A stretch of DNA of 64,000 nt, from contig DASQOL010000030.1 of NCBI GenBank assembly GCA_035644475.1, forward strand, positions 6,646 through 70,645. Direction: 5' to 3'. The translations under genes and the position numbers were made by a program. How positions within the stretch are numbered: the stretch's first letter is position 1; the number at the start of each line of letters is the position of its first letter. The notes under the pieces were generated by a model. It was not told the DNA's origin and did not search any database. It saw only the letters and a list, made by a program, of their open reading frames with translations. The DNA comes from Gammaproteobacteria bacterium. Lineage in GTDB: Bacteria > Pseudomonadota > Gammaproteobacteria > Steroidobacterales > Rariloculaceae. Positions 37,874 to 48,557 of this stretch are shown here, piece after piece.

Positions 37874-38072
37874 GGGAGCGCCCGGCACGGCGAACGAGCT
37901 CGAGGAGTCGTCGTTAGCGGCGAGCCCGAGGCGACGGGTTCGACTCCGGCGGCCGCCTTATAGCATAGCGGCGGCATATCCCGAGAGGTCCAAAGGTCGC
38001 TCCTGTCAGCGCCGCCAGGCTCGTATGCTCGCCGCAGCGGCTGCCGAGCGATGGCCGCCGCGCGGAAGCTTG

Positions 38073-38996
38073 ATGCCGGCGCCCTCCATACGTGTCAGTT
38101 CGCTCGTGCCGGCAGCGGCGCTGCTCGTGCTCTGCCGCGCCGGAGCGCAAGACCTCGAGCCGCGTCAGTATTCCAACGTGCCGGTCGGCATGAACTTCCT
38201 GATCGCGGGCTACGCGTCGTCGGACGGCGGCGTGCTGTTCGACCCGTCGATCGTGCTCGACAACGCCCAGCTCGGCATCGACGGCCCCGTGGTGGGCTAC
38301 GCGCGCGGGCTCTCGCTCGGCGGGCTCTCGGCCAAGGTCGACGCCGGCGTGTCCCGTGTCTGCATGTCGGGGTCCGCGGATTTCGAGGGGCAGCGCGTGA
38401 GTCGCTCGAAATGCGGCCTCACGGACGCGAAGGCGCGGCTGTCCGTGAACTTCGTCGGCGCGCCTGCGTTGACGGCGCCGCAGTTCGCGAGCTATCGCCA
38501 GGGCTTCATCCTCGGTGCGAGCTTGCAGCTCGGCGTACCGGTGGGCGACTACACGCCGGCCGACCTGATCAACATCGGCGCGAATCGCTGGTCCGGGAAA
38601 GCCGAGATCGGGTTCTCGAAGGCGCTGCCGCGACGCTGGGTGCTCGAGCTGGCGCTTTCCGGCACGTTTTTTGAGGCGAACGGCGAGTTCAGAGGCAGCA
38701 GCAAGCGCGAGCAGGATCCGATCTACGCGCTGCAGCTGCACGCGGTTCGGAGTCTGCCGTCCGGCGTTTGGATCTCGGTGGACTCCACTCACTACCGGGG
38801 CGGCCAGACCAGGACGGACGGCGTGGAAAATCCGAACCAGCAGTCGAACGACCGGCTCGGGTTGACGGTGTCCGTGCCGATCAACCGCGCCCAGTCGATC
38901 AAGCTCTACTACAGCAGCGGCGTCACGGTGCGCACGGGCACCGACTTCGATACCGTCGGCGCGGCCTGGCAGTACCGCTGGGGCGGTCGGACCTGA
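38073..38996 (+). CDS. Outer-membrane beta-barrel channel of the 'transporter / MetA-pathway phenol-degradation-like' family
   Basis: Signal peptide MPAPSIRVSSLVPAAALLVLCRAGAQ. DLEPRQYSNVPVGMNFLIAGY... and alternating beta-strand patterning to the end (AAWQYRWG) fit my recollection of this family (PF13557-like). Confidence 0.6.
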   Translation: MPAPSIRVSSLVPAAALLVLCRAGAQDLEPRQYSNVPVGMNFLIAGYASSDGGVLFDPSIVLDNAQLGIDGPVVGYARGLSLGGLSAKVDAGVSRVCMSGSADFEGQRVSRSKCGLTDAKARLSVNFVGAPALTAPQFASYRQGFILGASLQLGVPVGDYTPADLINIGANRWSGKAEIGFSKALPRRWVLELALSGTFFEANGEFRGSSKREQDPIYALQLHAVRSLPSGVWISVDSTHYRGGQTRTDGVENPNQQSNDRLGLTVSVPINRAQSIKLYYSSGVTVRTGTDFDTVGAAWQYRWGGRT

Positions 38997-39009
38997 GCAC
39001 TCGCGCGGA

Positions 39010-39840
39010 TCAATCGTCGACGGTGCGCAGCAGCTCGTTGAGCGAAGTCTTGCCGCGCGTCTTCTCGTCCACCTTCTTGACGATCACGGCGCAGTAGAGC
39101 GAGTACTTACCGTCCTTCGACGGCAGGTTGCCCGCCACCACCACCGAGCCCGCCGGCACGCGCCCGTAGTGGATCTCGCCGGTGGCGCGGTCATAGATCC
39201 GCGTGCTCTGGCCGATGTAGACGCCCATGCCGAGCACGCTGCCGCGCTCGACGATCACGCCCTCCACGACCTCCGAGCGCGCGCCGATGAAGCAGTCGTC
39301 CTCGATGATCGTGGGCGCGGCTTGAAGCGGCTCGAGCACGCCGCCGATGCCGGCGCCGCCCGAGAGGTGCACGTTCTTGCCGATCTGCGCGCAGCTGCCG
39401 ACCGTCGCCCAGGTGTCGATCATCGAGCCCTTGTCGACGTAGGCGCCGATGTTGACGAACGACGGCATCAGCACCACGTCGGACGCGACGAACGCGCCGC
39501 GGCGCACGATCGCGTCCGGCACCACGCGCGTGCCGGCGCGCTTGAACTGCTCGGCCTCGTAGCGCGCGTATTTGAGCGGCACCTTGTCGAAGAACTTGGT
39601 GTGTCCGCCGTCGATCACGCGGTTGTCGTTCAGCCGGAACGACAGCAGCACGGCCTGCTTGAGCCATTGGTTCACCACCCAGCCGTCGTCGCGGCGCTCG
39701 GCGACGCGCAGCGTGCCCTCGTCGAGGCCGGCGATGCACTCGTCCACGGTCTGCCGGAGCTCCGGCTCCGCGCGGCCCGGTCCGAGCTCGGCCCGGCGGT
39801 CCCACGCGCGCTCGATCACTTCCTTGAGGTTGGTGCCCAT
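39010..39840 (-). CDS. dapD: 2,3,4,5-tetrahydropyridine-2,6-dicarboxylate N-succinyltransferase
   Basis: [19 protein letters not shown]...[15 protein letters not shown] plus hexapeptide repeats ([36 protein letters not shown]). Confidence 0.9.
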   Translation of the reverse strand: MGTNLKEVIERAWDRRAELGPGRAEPELRQTVDECIAGLDEGTLRVAERRDDGWVVNQWLKQAVLLSFRLNDNRVIDGGHTKFFDKVPLKYARYEAEQFKRAGTRVVPDAIVRRGAFVASDVVLMPSFVNIGAYVDKGSMIDTWATVGSCAQIGKNVHLSGGAGIGGVLEPLQAAPTIIEDDCFIGARSEVVEGVIVERGSVLGMGVYIGQSTRIYDRATGEIHYGRVPAGSVVVAGNLPSKDGKYSLYCAVIVKKVDEKTRGKTSLNELLRTVDD

Positions 39841-39854
39841 GCTTGTCTCCCGCG

Positions 39855-42533
39855 TCACGAGCTGCGCGCGTCCGCGAGGGCTTCGCGCAGCGTTCTACCC
39901 AGCCGTTCCGACTGCGCTTCGTCGAGCGGCCTGTGATCGGTCGTCGTCACGAAGAACACGTCCTCGGCGCGCTCGCCGACGGTCGCGATCTTGGCGTTCT
40001 GCAGGGCCACGCGCTCTTGGTCGAACACCTTCGCGACCTGGAACAGGAGCCCGGGCCGGTCGCCGGCGACGAGCTCGATGATCGAGCGCGGGTTCTGCGG
40101 ATCACGCGAGATCGATACTTGAACCGCCGTCGAGAACATTCGCACCTGGCGCGGCGCGCGCCGCGTGACCTTGAGCGTGTCGCCGCTGCCGCTCGTGAGC
40201 GCCTTGAGCAGGCGGTACTTGATCTCCTCGAGCCGCCGGCGGTCGCCGATTGGGCTGCCGTCGCTCTCGAGCACGCAATAGGTGTCGAGGCTCTGCGCCA
40301 CCAGCGGCACGATCCGCGCGTCGACGATCGTGAGGCCGAGCTCGTCGAGCACCGCGGTGGCGCGGACGAACGAGCGAGTCTCCTCGGGCGAGTAGACGGC
40401 CACCGACGTGAGGCCTTGCGACACGACGTCGTTGACGTCGACGATGATCGCGCCCGGGTTCGCGCTCTCGGCGAGCACGCGCGTGTGCCACGCGATCTCC
40501 TCGGGGCGGTGCCTTAAGAAATACTCCTCGGTGAACGTCGACCAGATCTGCTGCCAGCGCTCGGGCGCGAGCCCGGCCTGGGACAGGATTCGCTCGGCTT
40601 GCGCCTGGCGGCCCGTGATGAGCTCCTCCTTGTCGATCGGGTTCGACACGCCGCGGCGCAGCGCGCGGCGCGTCGACTGGTAGAGCTCCCAGAACAGCGT
40701 GTCTTTCCACGAGTTCCAGATCTTCGGGTTCGTTCCGCGCACGTCGGCTACGGTGAGCACGTAGAGGTAATCCAAGTGCGTCTGGTCGCCGACGGTGCGC
40801 GCGAACTCGTTGACCACGTTCGGGTCGTTCAAGTCCTTCTTCTGCGCCGTCAGCGATAGGAGCAGGTGATGCTTCACGAGCCACGCCACGATTCGCGCGT
40901 CGTAGCGGCTCATGCCGTGCTCGAGGCAGAACGCCTCGGCGTCCACGGCCCCGAGCTCGGAATGGTCGCCGCCGCGCCCCTTGGCGATGTCGTGGAACAA
41001 GCCGGCGAGGTACGCGACCTCGGGCTTCTCGAGCCGCTGCATCACCGCGCTGCACGACGGGAACTCGTTGTCGAACCGCGGCAGAGCGAAGCGCCGCAGG
41101 TTCTCTACGACGAACAACGTGTGCGCGTCGACGGTGTACGCGTGGAACAGGTCGTACTGCATGCGGCCGACCACGCGGCCGAACGCCGGGATGTAGAGCC
41201 CCAGCACTCCGTAGGTGTTCATCCGCTTGAGCGTGCGCGTGACGCCGTTCGGCGCGCGCAGGACGTCGAGGAATAGGCGATGGTGCCGCGGGTTCTGCCG
41301 GAACTCCTCGTCGATGAGCCAGAGGTGCTGCTTGACGAGCGCGATGGTGCGCGCGTTGACGCCGCGCAGATCCAGGTTCTGCTCGAGCAGCAGGAATATC
41401 TCGAGCAGCGCCGACGGCTCGCGCGCGAACACTTGCTCGTCCGACACCTCGAGATAGCCGTTGCGGCTCTGGAAACGCGGCCCGAGCGGCACGGGCGGCT
41501 CGTTCTTGTCGAGCAGGATCGCTTCCTCGAAGAGCTGCAGCAGCATCTCGTTCAGACGGGAGAGCTCCATCACCGTGCGGTAGTAGCGCTGCATGAGCTG
41601 CTCGACCGCGAGAGTGAAGCTCGCGTCCTCGTAGCCGAGCATCGCCGCGAGCTTCACCTGGTGGTCGAACAGCAGCCGGTCCTCGCGCCGGCCCGTGAGG
41701 AGGTGCAGCCCGAAGCGGATCTTCCAGAGGAATGCCTGCCCGGCCGTAAGGATCCGGAGCTGGCCCTCGGTGAGGAACTTGTGCTCGACTAAGTCCTCGA
41801 GGCGCTTCGCGCCAAAGTGCCGGCGCGCGAGCCAGCTGATCATCTGGATGTCGCGTAAGCCCCCGGGACTGCCCTTGACGTTTGGCTCGAGGTTGTAGGC
41901 GGTGTCGTGATAGCGCGCGTGGCGCGCGATCTGCTCGTCGAGCTTCGCGCGGAAGAACTCGGCGCTGTTCCACATGCGGTCGGTGCCGATCCGCACGGGG
42001 AGCTCGGCGAAGAGCTTCCCTGGGCCGTGCAGCAGCCGCGTCTCCATGAGCGTGGTGAGCACCGTCACGTCGCCGCGCGCCTGCGCCTCGCAGTCGTCGA
42101 GCGTGCGGACGCTGTGGCCCGGCTCGAGGCCGATGTCCCAGAGGAACGTGAGGAAGCGGCCGATGGCCTCGTCGGTGTTGTTCTCGGCGGCCTTGTCGAG
42201 CAGCAGCAGCAAGTCGATGTCGGAGTGGGGATGCAGCTCGCCGCGGCCGTAGCCGCCGACCGCGACGAGGTCCGCGCTGCCGCGCAGCTCGTCTGCGTAA
42301 TGGTCCCAGGCCGCGAGGATCACCTGGTCGACGATCTCGGCGCGCGCCCGGACGAGTGTTTCGATCGGTTCGTTGCGCTTGAAGCGCTCGCTCAGGCGCT
42401 CGCTCGCCTCGCGCAAGGCCTCGCGGAACGCGCCGACCGCCGTCGTGTCCCCGCGCAGCGCGCTCTCGAGCGCCGCGCGATCGATGAGCTCCCGCTTCGG
42501 TGCGTCGCTCCGTGGCTCTAGGCTCGTCGCCAC
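39855..42533 (-). CDS. glnD: Bifunctional [protein-PII] uridylyltransferase / uridylyl-removing enzyme
   Basis: Nucleotidyltransferase block [22 protein letters not shown], an HD domain ([19 protein letters not shown]) and two C-terminal ACT-like regions. It sits in the conserved map-glnD-dapD context. Confidence 0.9.
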   Translation of the reverse strand: MATSLEPRSDAPKRELIDRAALESALRGDTTAVGAFREALREASERLSERFKRNEPIETLVRARAEIVDQVILAAWDHYADELRGSADLVAVGGYGRGELHPHSDIDLLLLLDKAAENNTDEAIGRFLTFLWDIGLEPGHSVRTLDDCEAQARGDVTVLTTLMETRLLHGPGKLFAELPVRIGTDRMWNSAEFFRAKLDEQIARHARYHDTAYNLEPNVKGSPGGLRDIQMISWLARRHFGAKRLEDLVEHKFLTEGQLRILTAGQAFLWKIRFGLHLLTGRREDRLLFDHQVKLAAMLGYEDASFTLAVEQLMQRYYRTVMELSRLNEMLLQLFEEAILLDKNEPPVPLGPRFQSRNGYLEVSDEQVFAREPSALLEIFLLLEQNLDLRGVNARTIALVKQHLWLIDEEFRQNPRHHRLFLDVLRAPNGVTRTLKRMNTYGVLGLYIPAFGRVVGRMQYDLFHAYTVDAHTLFVVENLRRFALPRFDNEFPSCSAVMQRLEKPEVAYLAGLFHDIAKGRGGDHSELGAVDAEAFCLEHGMSRYDARIVAWLVKHHLLLSLTAQKKDLNDPNVVNEFARTVGDQTHLDYLYVLTVADVRGTNPKIWNSWKDTLFWELYQSTRRALRRGVSNPIDKEELITGRQAQAERILSQAGLAPERWQQIWSTFTEEYFLRHRPEEIAWHTRVLAESANPGAIIVDVNDVVSQGLTSVAVYSPEETRSFVRATAVLDELGLTIVDARIVPLVAQSLDTYCVLESDGSPIGDRRRLEEIKYRLLKALTSGSGDTLKVTRRAPRQVRMFSTAVQVSISRDPQNPRSIIELVAGDRPGLLFQVAKVFDQERVALQNAKIATVGERAEDVFFVTTTDHRPLDEAQSERLGRTLREALADARSS

Positions 42534-42546
42534 GCTCAGAACCTAG

Positions 42547-43326
42547 TCACTGGGGTAACTTAGGGCGGTCGGCGGCGCCGAGGGTCAGGACCTCGTAGCC
42601 GCGGTCCGTGACGAGCACGGTGTGCTCCCACTGCGCGGACAACGAGTGGTCCTTGGTCACGACGGTCCAGCCGTCGGAGAGCAGCTTCACGTCGCGCTTG
42701 CCGGCGTTGACCATCGGCTCGACCGTGATCGTCATGCCGGGCACGAGCTCGACCCCGGTGCCGGGCTTGCCGTAGTGCAGCACCTGCGGGTCTTCGTGAA
42801 AGACCCGGCCGATGCCGTGGCCGCAGTACTCGCGCACCACCGAGAACCGCTGCTCCTCGACGAAGGTCTGGATCACATGGCCCACGTCGCCGAGCCGTGC
42901 GCCCGAGCGGATCGTGCGAATGCCGCGCCACATGGCCTCGAAGCACACGCGCGACAAGCGCTCGGCGATGATCGACGGCTCGCCCACGAAGAACATTCGG
43001 CTCGTGTCGCCGTGAAAACCGTCCTTGATGACCGTGATATCGACGTTGACGATGTCGCCGTTCTTGAGCACGCGGTCGCTCGGGATGCCGTGGCACACGA
43101 CGTGGTTGACCGACGTGCAGATCGACTTGGGGAAGCCGCGATAGTTGAGCGGCGCCGGGATCGCCCCGAGCTCTCCGACGATGTAGTCGTGGCAGACGCG
43201 GTCGAGCTCCTCGGTGGAGACACCGGCCTGGACGCGGCTGCCGATCATGTCGAGCACTTGGGCCGCCAGACGGCCGGCGACCCGCATCTTGTCCTGCTCT
43301 TCAGGCGTTTTGATCGTGATCGTCAT
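42547..43326 (-). CDS. map: Type I methionine aminopeptidase
   Basis: [25 protein letters not shown]...VCHGIP...[17 protein letters not shown]...GHGIG..FHE. The start is the internal ATG (43326). Confidence 0.9.
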   Translation of the reverse strand: MTITIKTPEEQDKMRVAGRLAAQVLDMIGSRVQAGVSTEELDRVCHDYIVGELGAIPAPLNYRGFPKSICTSVNHVVCHGIPSDRVLKNGDIVNVDITVIKDGFHGDTSRMFFVGEPSIIAERLSRVCFEAMWRGIRTIRSGARLGDVGHVIQTFVEEQRFSVVREYCGHGIGRVFHEDPQVLHYGKPGTGVELVPGMTITVEPMVNAGKRDVKLLSDGWTVVTKDHSLSAQWEHTVLVTDRGYEVLTLGAADRPKLPQ

Positions 43327-43407
43327 CTTGGGATGGCAGGCTCGCGGGACCCGGATTGCGCAGGCCCGAGCACGCGGCTGCGGAGGGCTCGCGCGGGCGG
43401 GTCGACG

Positions 43408-43436
43408 TTGTTGCTGCAAGGGAGCTATGGTATAAA
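43408..43436 (+). promoter_or_regulatory. Candidate sigma-70 promoter of rpsB-tsf
   Basis: TTGTTG (43408-43413), a 17-bp spacer, then TATAAA (43431-43436). This is an AT-rich island in GC-rich DNA and leaves a leader of ~125 nt before ATG 43566. Confidence 0.4.
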
Positions 43437-43565
43437 GCGCGCGCCTCGGAGGCAACGAACGCTCCGAAGCAAATACACACACGTGTCGCAAACCGCCGGC
43501 GGGGTGCCCCGGAAACGGGGTCGTTGACGGGGACGCGTGGAGGATCAACCCAACAGGAGTGTTCC

Positions 43566-44471
43566 ATGACCGACGTATCCATGCGCCGGATGCTGGAAGC
43601 GGGTGTCCATTTCGGGCACCAAACCCGCTTCTGGAATCCCAAGATGTCGCAATTCATCTTCGGCGAGCGCAACAAGATCCACATCATCGATCTCGAGAAG
43701 ACGCTGCCGCTGTTCAAGCAGGCCAGCGAGTTCGTGCGCAGGCTCGTCGCCGACGGCGGTACGCTGCTGTTCGTCGGCAGCAAACGGGCGGCCAGGGAGG
43801 CTGTCGCGGTCGAGGCGGAGCGCTGCGGCATGCCGTACGTGAGCCAGCGCTGGCTCGGCGGCATGCTCACGAACTTCAAGACGATCCGCCAGTCGATCAA
43901 GCGCCTGCATCAGCTCGAAGAGACCACCGAGGCCGGCTCGAGCACGGAGTTTACGAAGAAGGAGCTCCTCGGCCTGGCCCGTGAGCGCGACAAGCTCCAG
44001 CGCGCCCTCGGCGGCATCAAGATGATGGACAACCTGCCTGACGCGGTCTTCATCATCGACGTGGGTCACGAGGAGATCGCGGTCAAAGAGGCGGGTAAGC
44101 TCAACATCCCCGTGCTTGCGATCGTCGACACGAACTGCTCGCCGGAGGGCATCGACTATCCGATCCCGGGCAACGACGACGCGATGCGCGCGATTCAGCT
44201 CTACGCGGCGGGCATTGCCGACGCGGTGCTCGAGGGCAAGTCCTCGATCCCCGAGGTGCCGACGGGCGACGACGAGTTCGTCGAGCTCGACGAGGAAGGC
44301 AAGCCCAGGGTCGAGCAGAAGCAGCAGCCCAAGAAGGCCCCGCCGAAGAAGCGCGGGCGCGTGACCAAGATCCGCTCGAAGGGTGCACCGTCGAAGGCTC
44401 CGGCCGACGAGGCCGGCGACGAGGCGGCCGACGCGCCCGACACGGACGGCGGCGACTCAGCGGCGCAATAG
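43566..44471 (+). CDS. rpsB: 30S ribosomal protein S2, with a charged C-terminal extension
   Basis: [41 protein letters not shown]... Confidence 0.95.
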   Translation: MTDVSMRRMLEAGVHFGHQTRFWNPKMSQFIFGERNKIHIIDLEKTLPLFKQASEFVRRLVADGGTLLFVGSKRAAREAVAVEAERCGMPYVSQRWLGGMLTNFKTIRQSIKRLHQLEETTEAGSSTEFTKKELLGLARERDKLQRALGGIKMMDNLPDAVFIIDVGHEEIAVKEAGKLNIPVLAIVDTNCSPEGIDYPIPGNDDAMRAIQLYAAGIADAVLEGKSSIPEVPTGDDEFVELDEEGKPRVEQKQQPKKAPPKKRGRVTKIRSKGAPSKAPADEAGDEAADAPDTDGGDSAAQ

Positions 44472-44501
44472 CCGCGGCACAGTATTTAAGGAGGACTCGC
44501 C

Positions 44502-45380
44502 ATGGAAATCACTCCGGCGATGGTCAAAGAGCTCCGCGAGCGAACCGGCGCGGGCATGATGGATTGCAAGAAGGCGCTGGTCGAGGCCAGTGGCAACGCC
44601 GACGCCGCGGCCGAGGGGCTGCGCAAAGCCGGCCAGGCGAAGGCCGACAAGAAGGCGTCGCGTGTGGCCGCGGAGGGCCGCGTGGCGCTCAAGAGCAACG
44701 TGCCGTCCGGCCGCCATGTGCTCGTCGAGGTGAACTCGGAAACGGACTTCGTCGCGAAGGACGACAACTTCCGCGGTTTCGTCGAGCAGGTTGCCGACGT
44801 CGTGCTCGCGCAGGCGCCGAAGACGATCGAAGACCTGATGCGCGCCAAGCTCGGCGGGCAGACGGTCGAGGAGGCGCGCCTGGCGCTCGTCACCAAGGTG
44901 GGCGAGAACATCAGCGTGCGCCGCTTCGACGTGCTCGATACCAAGTCCTACGTGGGTAGCTACGTCCACAACGGCCGGATCGGCGTGCTGGTCGAGCTCG
45001 AGGGCGGCAACGCGGATCTGGCGCGCGACCTCGCCATGCAGGTTGCGTCGCTCGCGCCCCGCTACGTGTCGGGCGACGAGGTGCCCAAGGACGTTCTCGA
45101 CAAGGAGCGGGAGATCATCCTCGCGCAGACCGCGAACGAGAAGAAGCCGCCGGAGATCATCGCGAAGATGGTCGAGGGCAGGCTCCGCAAGTTCGTCGAC
45201 GAGATCACGTTGACGGGTCAGCCGTTCGTCAAGGATCAGGACAAGAAGGTCCGCGACCTGCTATCCGCCGCCAAGGCCAAGGTCACGCGGTTCCGGCGCT
45301 TCGAGGTCGGCGAGGGTATCGAGAAGAAGACCGCCGACTTCGCCCAGGAGGTCATGGCGCAAGTTTCGCAGAGCCGTTAA
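44502..45380 (+). CDS. tsf: Translation elongation factor Ts
   Basis: MEITPAMVKELRERTGAGMMDCKKALVEASGN... The RBS is AAGGAGG. Confidence 0.95.
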   Translation: MEITPAMVKELRERTGAGMMDCKKALVEASGNADAAAEGLRKAGQAKADKKASRVAAEGRVALKSNVPSGRHVLVEVNSETDFVAKDDNFRGFVEQVADVVLAQAPKTIEDLMRAKLGGQTVEEARLALVTKVGENISVRRFDVLDTKSYVGSYVHNGRIGVLVELEGGNADLARDLAMQVASLAPRYVSGDEVPKDVLDKEREIILAQTANEKKPPEIIAKMVEGRLRKFVDEITLTGQPFVKDQDKKVRDLLSAAKAKVTRFRRFEVGEGIEKKTADFAQEVMAQVSQSR

Positions 45381-45426
45381 TCTAGACCGCCAATCTAGGC
45401 CGTAGACATTGCCAGCCGAGGAGTCC

Positions 45427-46170
45427 ATGGCACAAGGTTCGCCCCCCTATCGGCGAATTCTCTTGAAGCTCAGCGGCGAAGCCCTGTTGGGTAGCCACCA
45501 GTACGGCATCGACCCCGCCGTCATCCGCAGGGTCGCAAGCGAGGTCGCCGAGGTCATCGGGCTCGGAGTCCAGGTGGGGCTCGTGATTGGCGGCGGTAAC
45601 ATCTTCCGCGGCGCCGGCTTGGCCGAGGCCGGTATGGACCGCGTCACGGCCGATCACATGGGCATGCTGGCCACGGTGATCAACTCGCTCGCGATGCAGG
45701 ACGCGCTCGAGCGGCAAGGGGCGGTCGCCCGCGTCATGGCCGCGCTGCAAATCCACGAGGTCTGCGAGGACTACATCCGCCGGCGGGCGATTCGCCACCT
45801 CGAGAAGGGTCGCGTCACGATCTTCGCGGCCGGCACCGGCAACCCGTTCTTCACCACCGACACCGCGGCGAGCTTGCGCGCCATCGAGATCGGCGCCGAC
45901 GTGTTGATCAAGGCGACCAAGGTCGACGGCGTGTATTCCGCGGATCCGATGAAGGACCCGAGCGCGACGCGCTACCGGTCGCTGTCGTTCGACCAGGTGC
46001 TCGATCAGAAGCTCAAGGTCATGGACGCCACCGCGATCGTCATGTGCCGCGACAACGATCTGCCTCTCATCGTGTTCAACTTGAACAACGCCGGCGACCT
46101 CATTCGAATCGTCAAGGGCGAGATGCTCGGCACGTCCGTGGCGAACCATCTGTCGCGCACCGGAACCTGA
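45427..46170 (+). CDS. pyrH: UMP kinase
   Basis: [13 protein letters not shown]...GGGNIFRG...[12 protein letters not shown]... Confidence 0.95.
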   Translation: MAQGSPPYRRILLKLSGEALLGSHQYGIDPAVIRRVASEVAEVIGLGVQVGLVIGGGNIFRGAGLAEAGMDRVTADHMGMLATVINSLAMQDALERQGAVARVMAALQIHEVCEDYIRRRAIRHLEKGRVTIFAAGTGNPFFTTDTAASLRAIEIGADVLIKATKVDGVYSADPMKDPSATRYRSLSFDQVLDQKLKVMDATAIVMCRDNDLPLIVFNLNNAGDLIRIVKGEMLGTSVANHLSRTGT

Positions 46171-46204
46171 GCCCGGAGCCTGAACATGAGCGGTGGAAGG
46201 TAGC

Positions 46205-46762
46205 GTGATCAACGACATCAAGAAAGACGCGGACGTGCGCATGCAGAAGAGCGTGGCCGCGCTCAAAGAGGAGATGAAACGCCTGCGAACGGGGCGCGCG
46301 AACGCCGGCCTGCTCGAGCACGTGATGGTCGACTACTACGGCTCGAAAGTACCCGTGAAGCAGACCGCGAACATCACGGTCGAGGACGCGCGCACGATCG
46401 TCGTCACGCCCTGGGACAAGGGCAGCGTAAAGGCGGTCGAGAAGGCGATCATCGACTCCAATCTCGGGCTCAATCCGGTCACGGCGGGCCAGGTGATCCG
46501 CGTGCCGCTGCCGCCGATGACGGAAGAGCGCCGCAAGGAGCTCGTGCGAGTCGTGCGGCACGAGGCCGAGAACGGACGCGTCTCCGTGCGCAGCGTGCGT
46601 CGCGAGGCGCTGGCCGATCTCAAGGAGCTGCTGAAGGACAAGGAGATCACCGAGGACGACGATCGCCGCGCGCAAGAGGACATTCAGAAGCTCACCGACC
46701 GCCACGTAGGACAGATCGACGCGCTCTTGAAGGACAAAGAAGCCGAGATCATGGAATTCTAA
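46205..46762 (+). CDS. frr: Ribosome recycling factor
   Basis: The GTG start gives (M)[39 protein letters not shown]..., colinear with E. coli Frr. Confidence 0.9.
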   Translation: MINDIKKDADVRMQKSVAALKEEMKRLRTGRANAGLLEHVMVDYYGSKVPVKQTANITVEDARTIVVTPWDKGSVKAVEKAIIDSNLGLNPVTAGQVIRVPLPPMTEERRKELVRVVRHEAENGRVSVRSVRREALADLKELLKDKEITEDDDRRAQEDIQKLTDRHVGQIDALLKDKEAEIMEF

Positions 46763-46832
46763 CGAGCGTGCATGTAGCGAGCGTTTAGAACCCCACCGAG
46801 CTCTCATTCCCAAGCAGCACTTCGTCGACAAC

Positions 46833-47591
46833 ATGGCCGCCAATCCGGCTCAACGCAAAGCGAACGTTATCGCGCCGCAACACCTTGCAGTCATCATGGA
46901 CGGCAACGGCCGGTGGGCGCACCGGCGCGCGTTGCCGCGCCAAGCGGGGCATAGAGCGGGCATCAAGCCGGTGCGCGCGACGGTCGAGCTGTGCGCGCAG
47001 AGCGGTGTCGAGACCCTGACTCTGTTCGCGTTCTCGAGCGAGAACTGGCGGCGGCCCGTCGAGGAGGTTCGCGGCCTGATGACGCTGTTCGTGGACGCGC
47101 TCGAGCGCGAGGTCGCGGAGCTCGACTCGAATGGCATTCGCCTGAAGTTCATCGGCGATCTCGACGCGCTCAACTCCACGCTGCGGCGGACGGCCGATGC
47201 GGCCGTGCGCAAGACGGAGAGCAACACTCGCATGGACCTCGTGGTAGCCGTCGCCTACGGCGGACGCTGGGATCTCGCCCGGGCCGCGCGCAAGCTCGCG
47301 GCGGATGCGGCGGCCGGCAAGCTCGACCCGGAGAAGATCGACGAGGCGGCGGTCGCCGCCGCGCTGCAGACCGCCGCGTGCCCCAACGTCGACCTCCTGA
47401 TCCGCACGGGCGGCGAGAAGCGGATCAGCAACTTCATGCTCTGGGAAGTCGCCTACGCCGAAGTTTATTTCTCCGACGTCCTGTGGCCCGACTTCACGGC
47501 CGCCGAGCTGCGCAAGGCGTTCGAGTTCTATGCGCGCCGGCAGCGGCGGTTCGGCCGCACCGGGGAGCAGATCGAGGCGGTGGGTTGCTAG
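46833..47591 (+). CDS. uppS: Ditrans,polycis-undecaprenyl-diphosphate synthase
   Basis: HLAVIMDGNGRWA...LTLFAFSSENWRRP...LLIRTGGEKRISNFMLWEVAYAEVYF. Confidence 0.9.
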   Translation: MAANPAQRKANVIAPQHLAVIMDGNGRWAHRRALPRQAGHRAGIKPVRATVELCAQSGVETLTLFAFSSENWRRPVEEVRGLMTLFVDALEREVAELDSNGIRLKFIGDLDALNSTLRRTADAAVRKTESNTRMDLVVAVAYGGRWDLARAARKLAADAAAGKLDPEKIDEAAVAAALQTAACPNVDLLIRTGGEKRISNFMLWEVAYAEVYFSDVLWPDFTAAELRKAFEFYARRQRRFGRTGEQIEAVGC

Positions 47592-48379
47592 TCACGCGGG
47601 TCATTACCGGAGCGATCCTGGGCGGCGCCCTGATCGCCACGGTGTTGTTGTTGCCGACCCTGTACGCCGCGGCCGTTCTCGCGGCGTTGTGGTTGGCCGG
47701 CGCCTGGGAGTGGGCCGGCCTGGCGCGGCTGCGCGGGCCGTACCAGGCGGTTTACGTGGCCGTGGTCGCCGTAGGCATGGTGCTCTCGTTCCAGGCGAGC
47801 TCGCTGACGGCCACCCCGATGCTGACCGTCGCGATCGTGTGGTGGGCGGTGGCGCTGGCCGCGCTGCTCAGTGCGCCGCACACCTTCGGGATGCCCGCGG
47901 TCGCGGGCGTCGGCCTCGTGGTGCTGCTGCCGTCCTGGCTGCTGCTCGTGCAGCTCCACGGTGACGGGCCCTCGGGACCCGGGCTCGCCTTGACGGCGCT
48001 CGCAATCGTCTGGGCGGCCGACGTCGGCGCCTATGGCGTCGGCCGCCTGCTCGGGCGGGTGAAGCTCGCCCCCAAGGTCAGCCCCGGCAAGACCTGGGAG
48101 GGCTTGGGCGGCGGCGTCGCGCTGGCCGCGGCCGCGGCGTGGGTCGCGGCGCTTCTTCTGGCGCTGCCGCAGGTGGAGATGGTGATGCTCGGGATCGTGA
48201 CGGCCCTCGTGTCCGTCGTCGGCGATCTCACCGTCAGCATGTTCAAGCGCAACGTCGGCCTCAAGGATAGCGGGGCGTTGCTGCCGGGCCACGGCGGAGT
48301 CATGGATCGCATCGACAGCCTGACGGCGGCGGTGCCGGTCTTCATGCTCGGCATCCGTCTGGCCGGCATCGCAGCGTGA
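47585..48379 (+). CDS. cdsA: Phosphatidate cytidylyltransferase
   Basis: The TTG start overlaps the uppS stop. The protein is multi-TM. The C-terminal signature is SMFKRNVGLKDSGALLPGHGGVMDRIDS. Confidence 0.8.
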   Translation: MLVTRVITGAILGGALIATVLLLPTLYAAAVLAALWLAGAWEWAGLARLRGPYQAVYVAVVAVGMVLSFQASSLTATPMLTVAIVWWAVALAALLSAPHTFGMPAVAGVGLVVLLPSWLLLVQLHGDGPSGPGLALTALAIVWAADVGAYGVGRLLGRVKLAPKVSPGKTWEGLGGGVALAAAAAWVAALLLALPQVEMVMLGIVTALVSVVGDLTVSMFKRNVGLKDSGALLPGHGGVMDRIDSLTAAVPVFMLGIRLAGIAA

Positions 48380-48557
48380 CTTCAGGAACTTGCCGCGCCG
48401 TCGCGCGGTCTCTTGATCGAGACGACCGCGGGGATCCCAAAACGAGTTGTATCGGCGCCACCGGCAGGCTCGCCCTCTGCAACACGCCGGTGACCGGCTA
48501 GAATACCGGGCTTTGCCGGCCCCCCGAGGCTGCTCCGCGCTGCTGCTGGATGGATCA

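Noticed and set aside
37936-37947. GGGTTCGACTCC, a tRNA T-arm-like 12-mer in the pstB-OMP spacer. It could be a tRNA gene or an integrase att-site remnant.
   Set aside because: The flanking bases cannot form the T-stem (only 2 bp pair), an acceptor stem or the other cloverleaf arms. No integrase or island is nearby, so it is treated as chance similarity.
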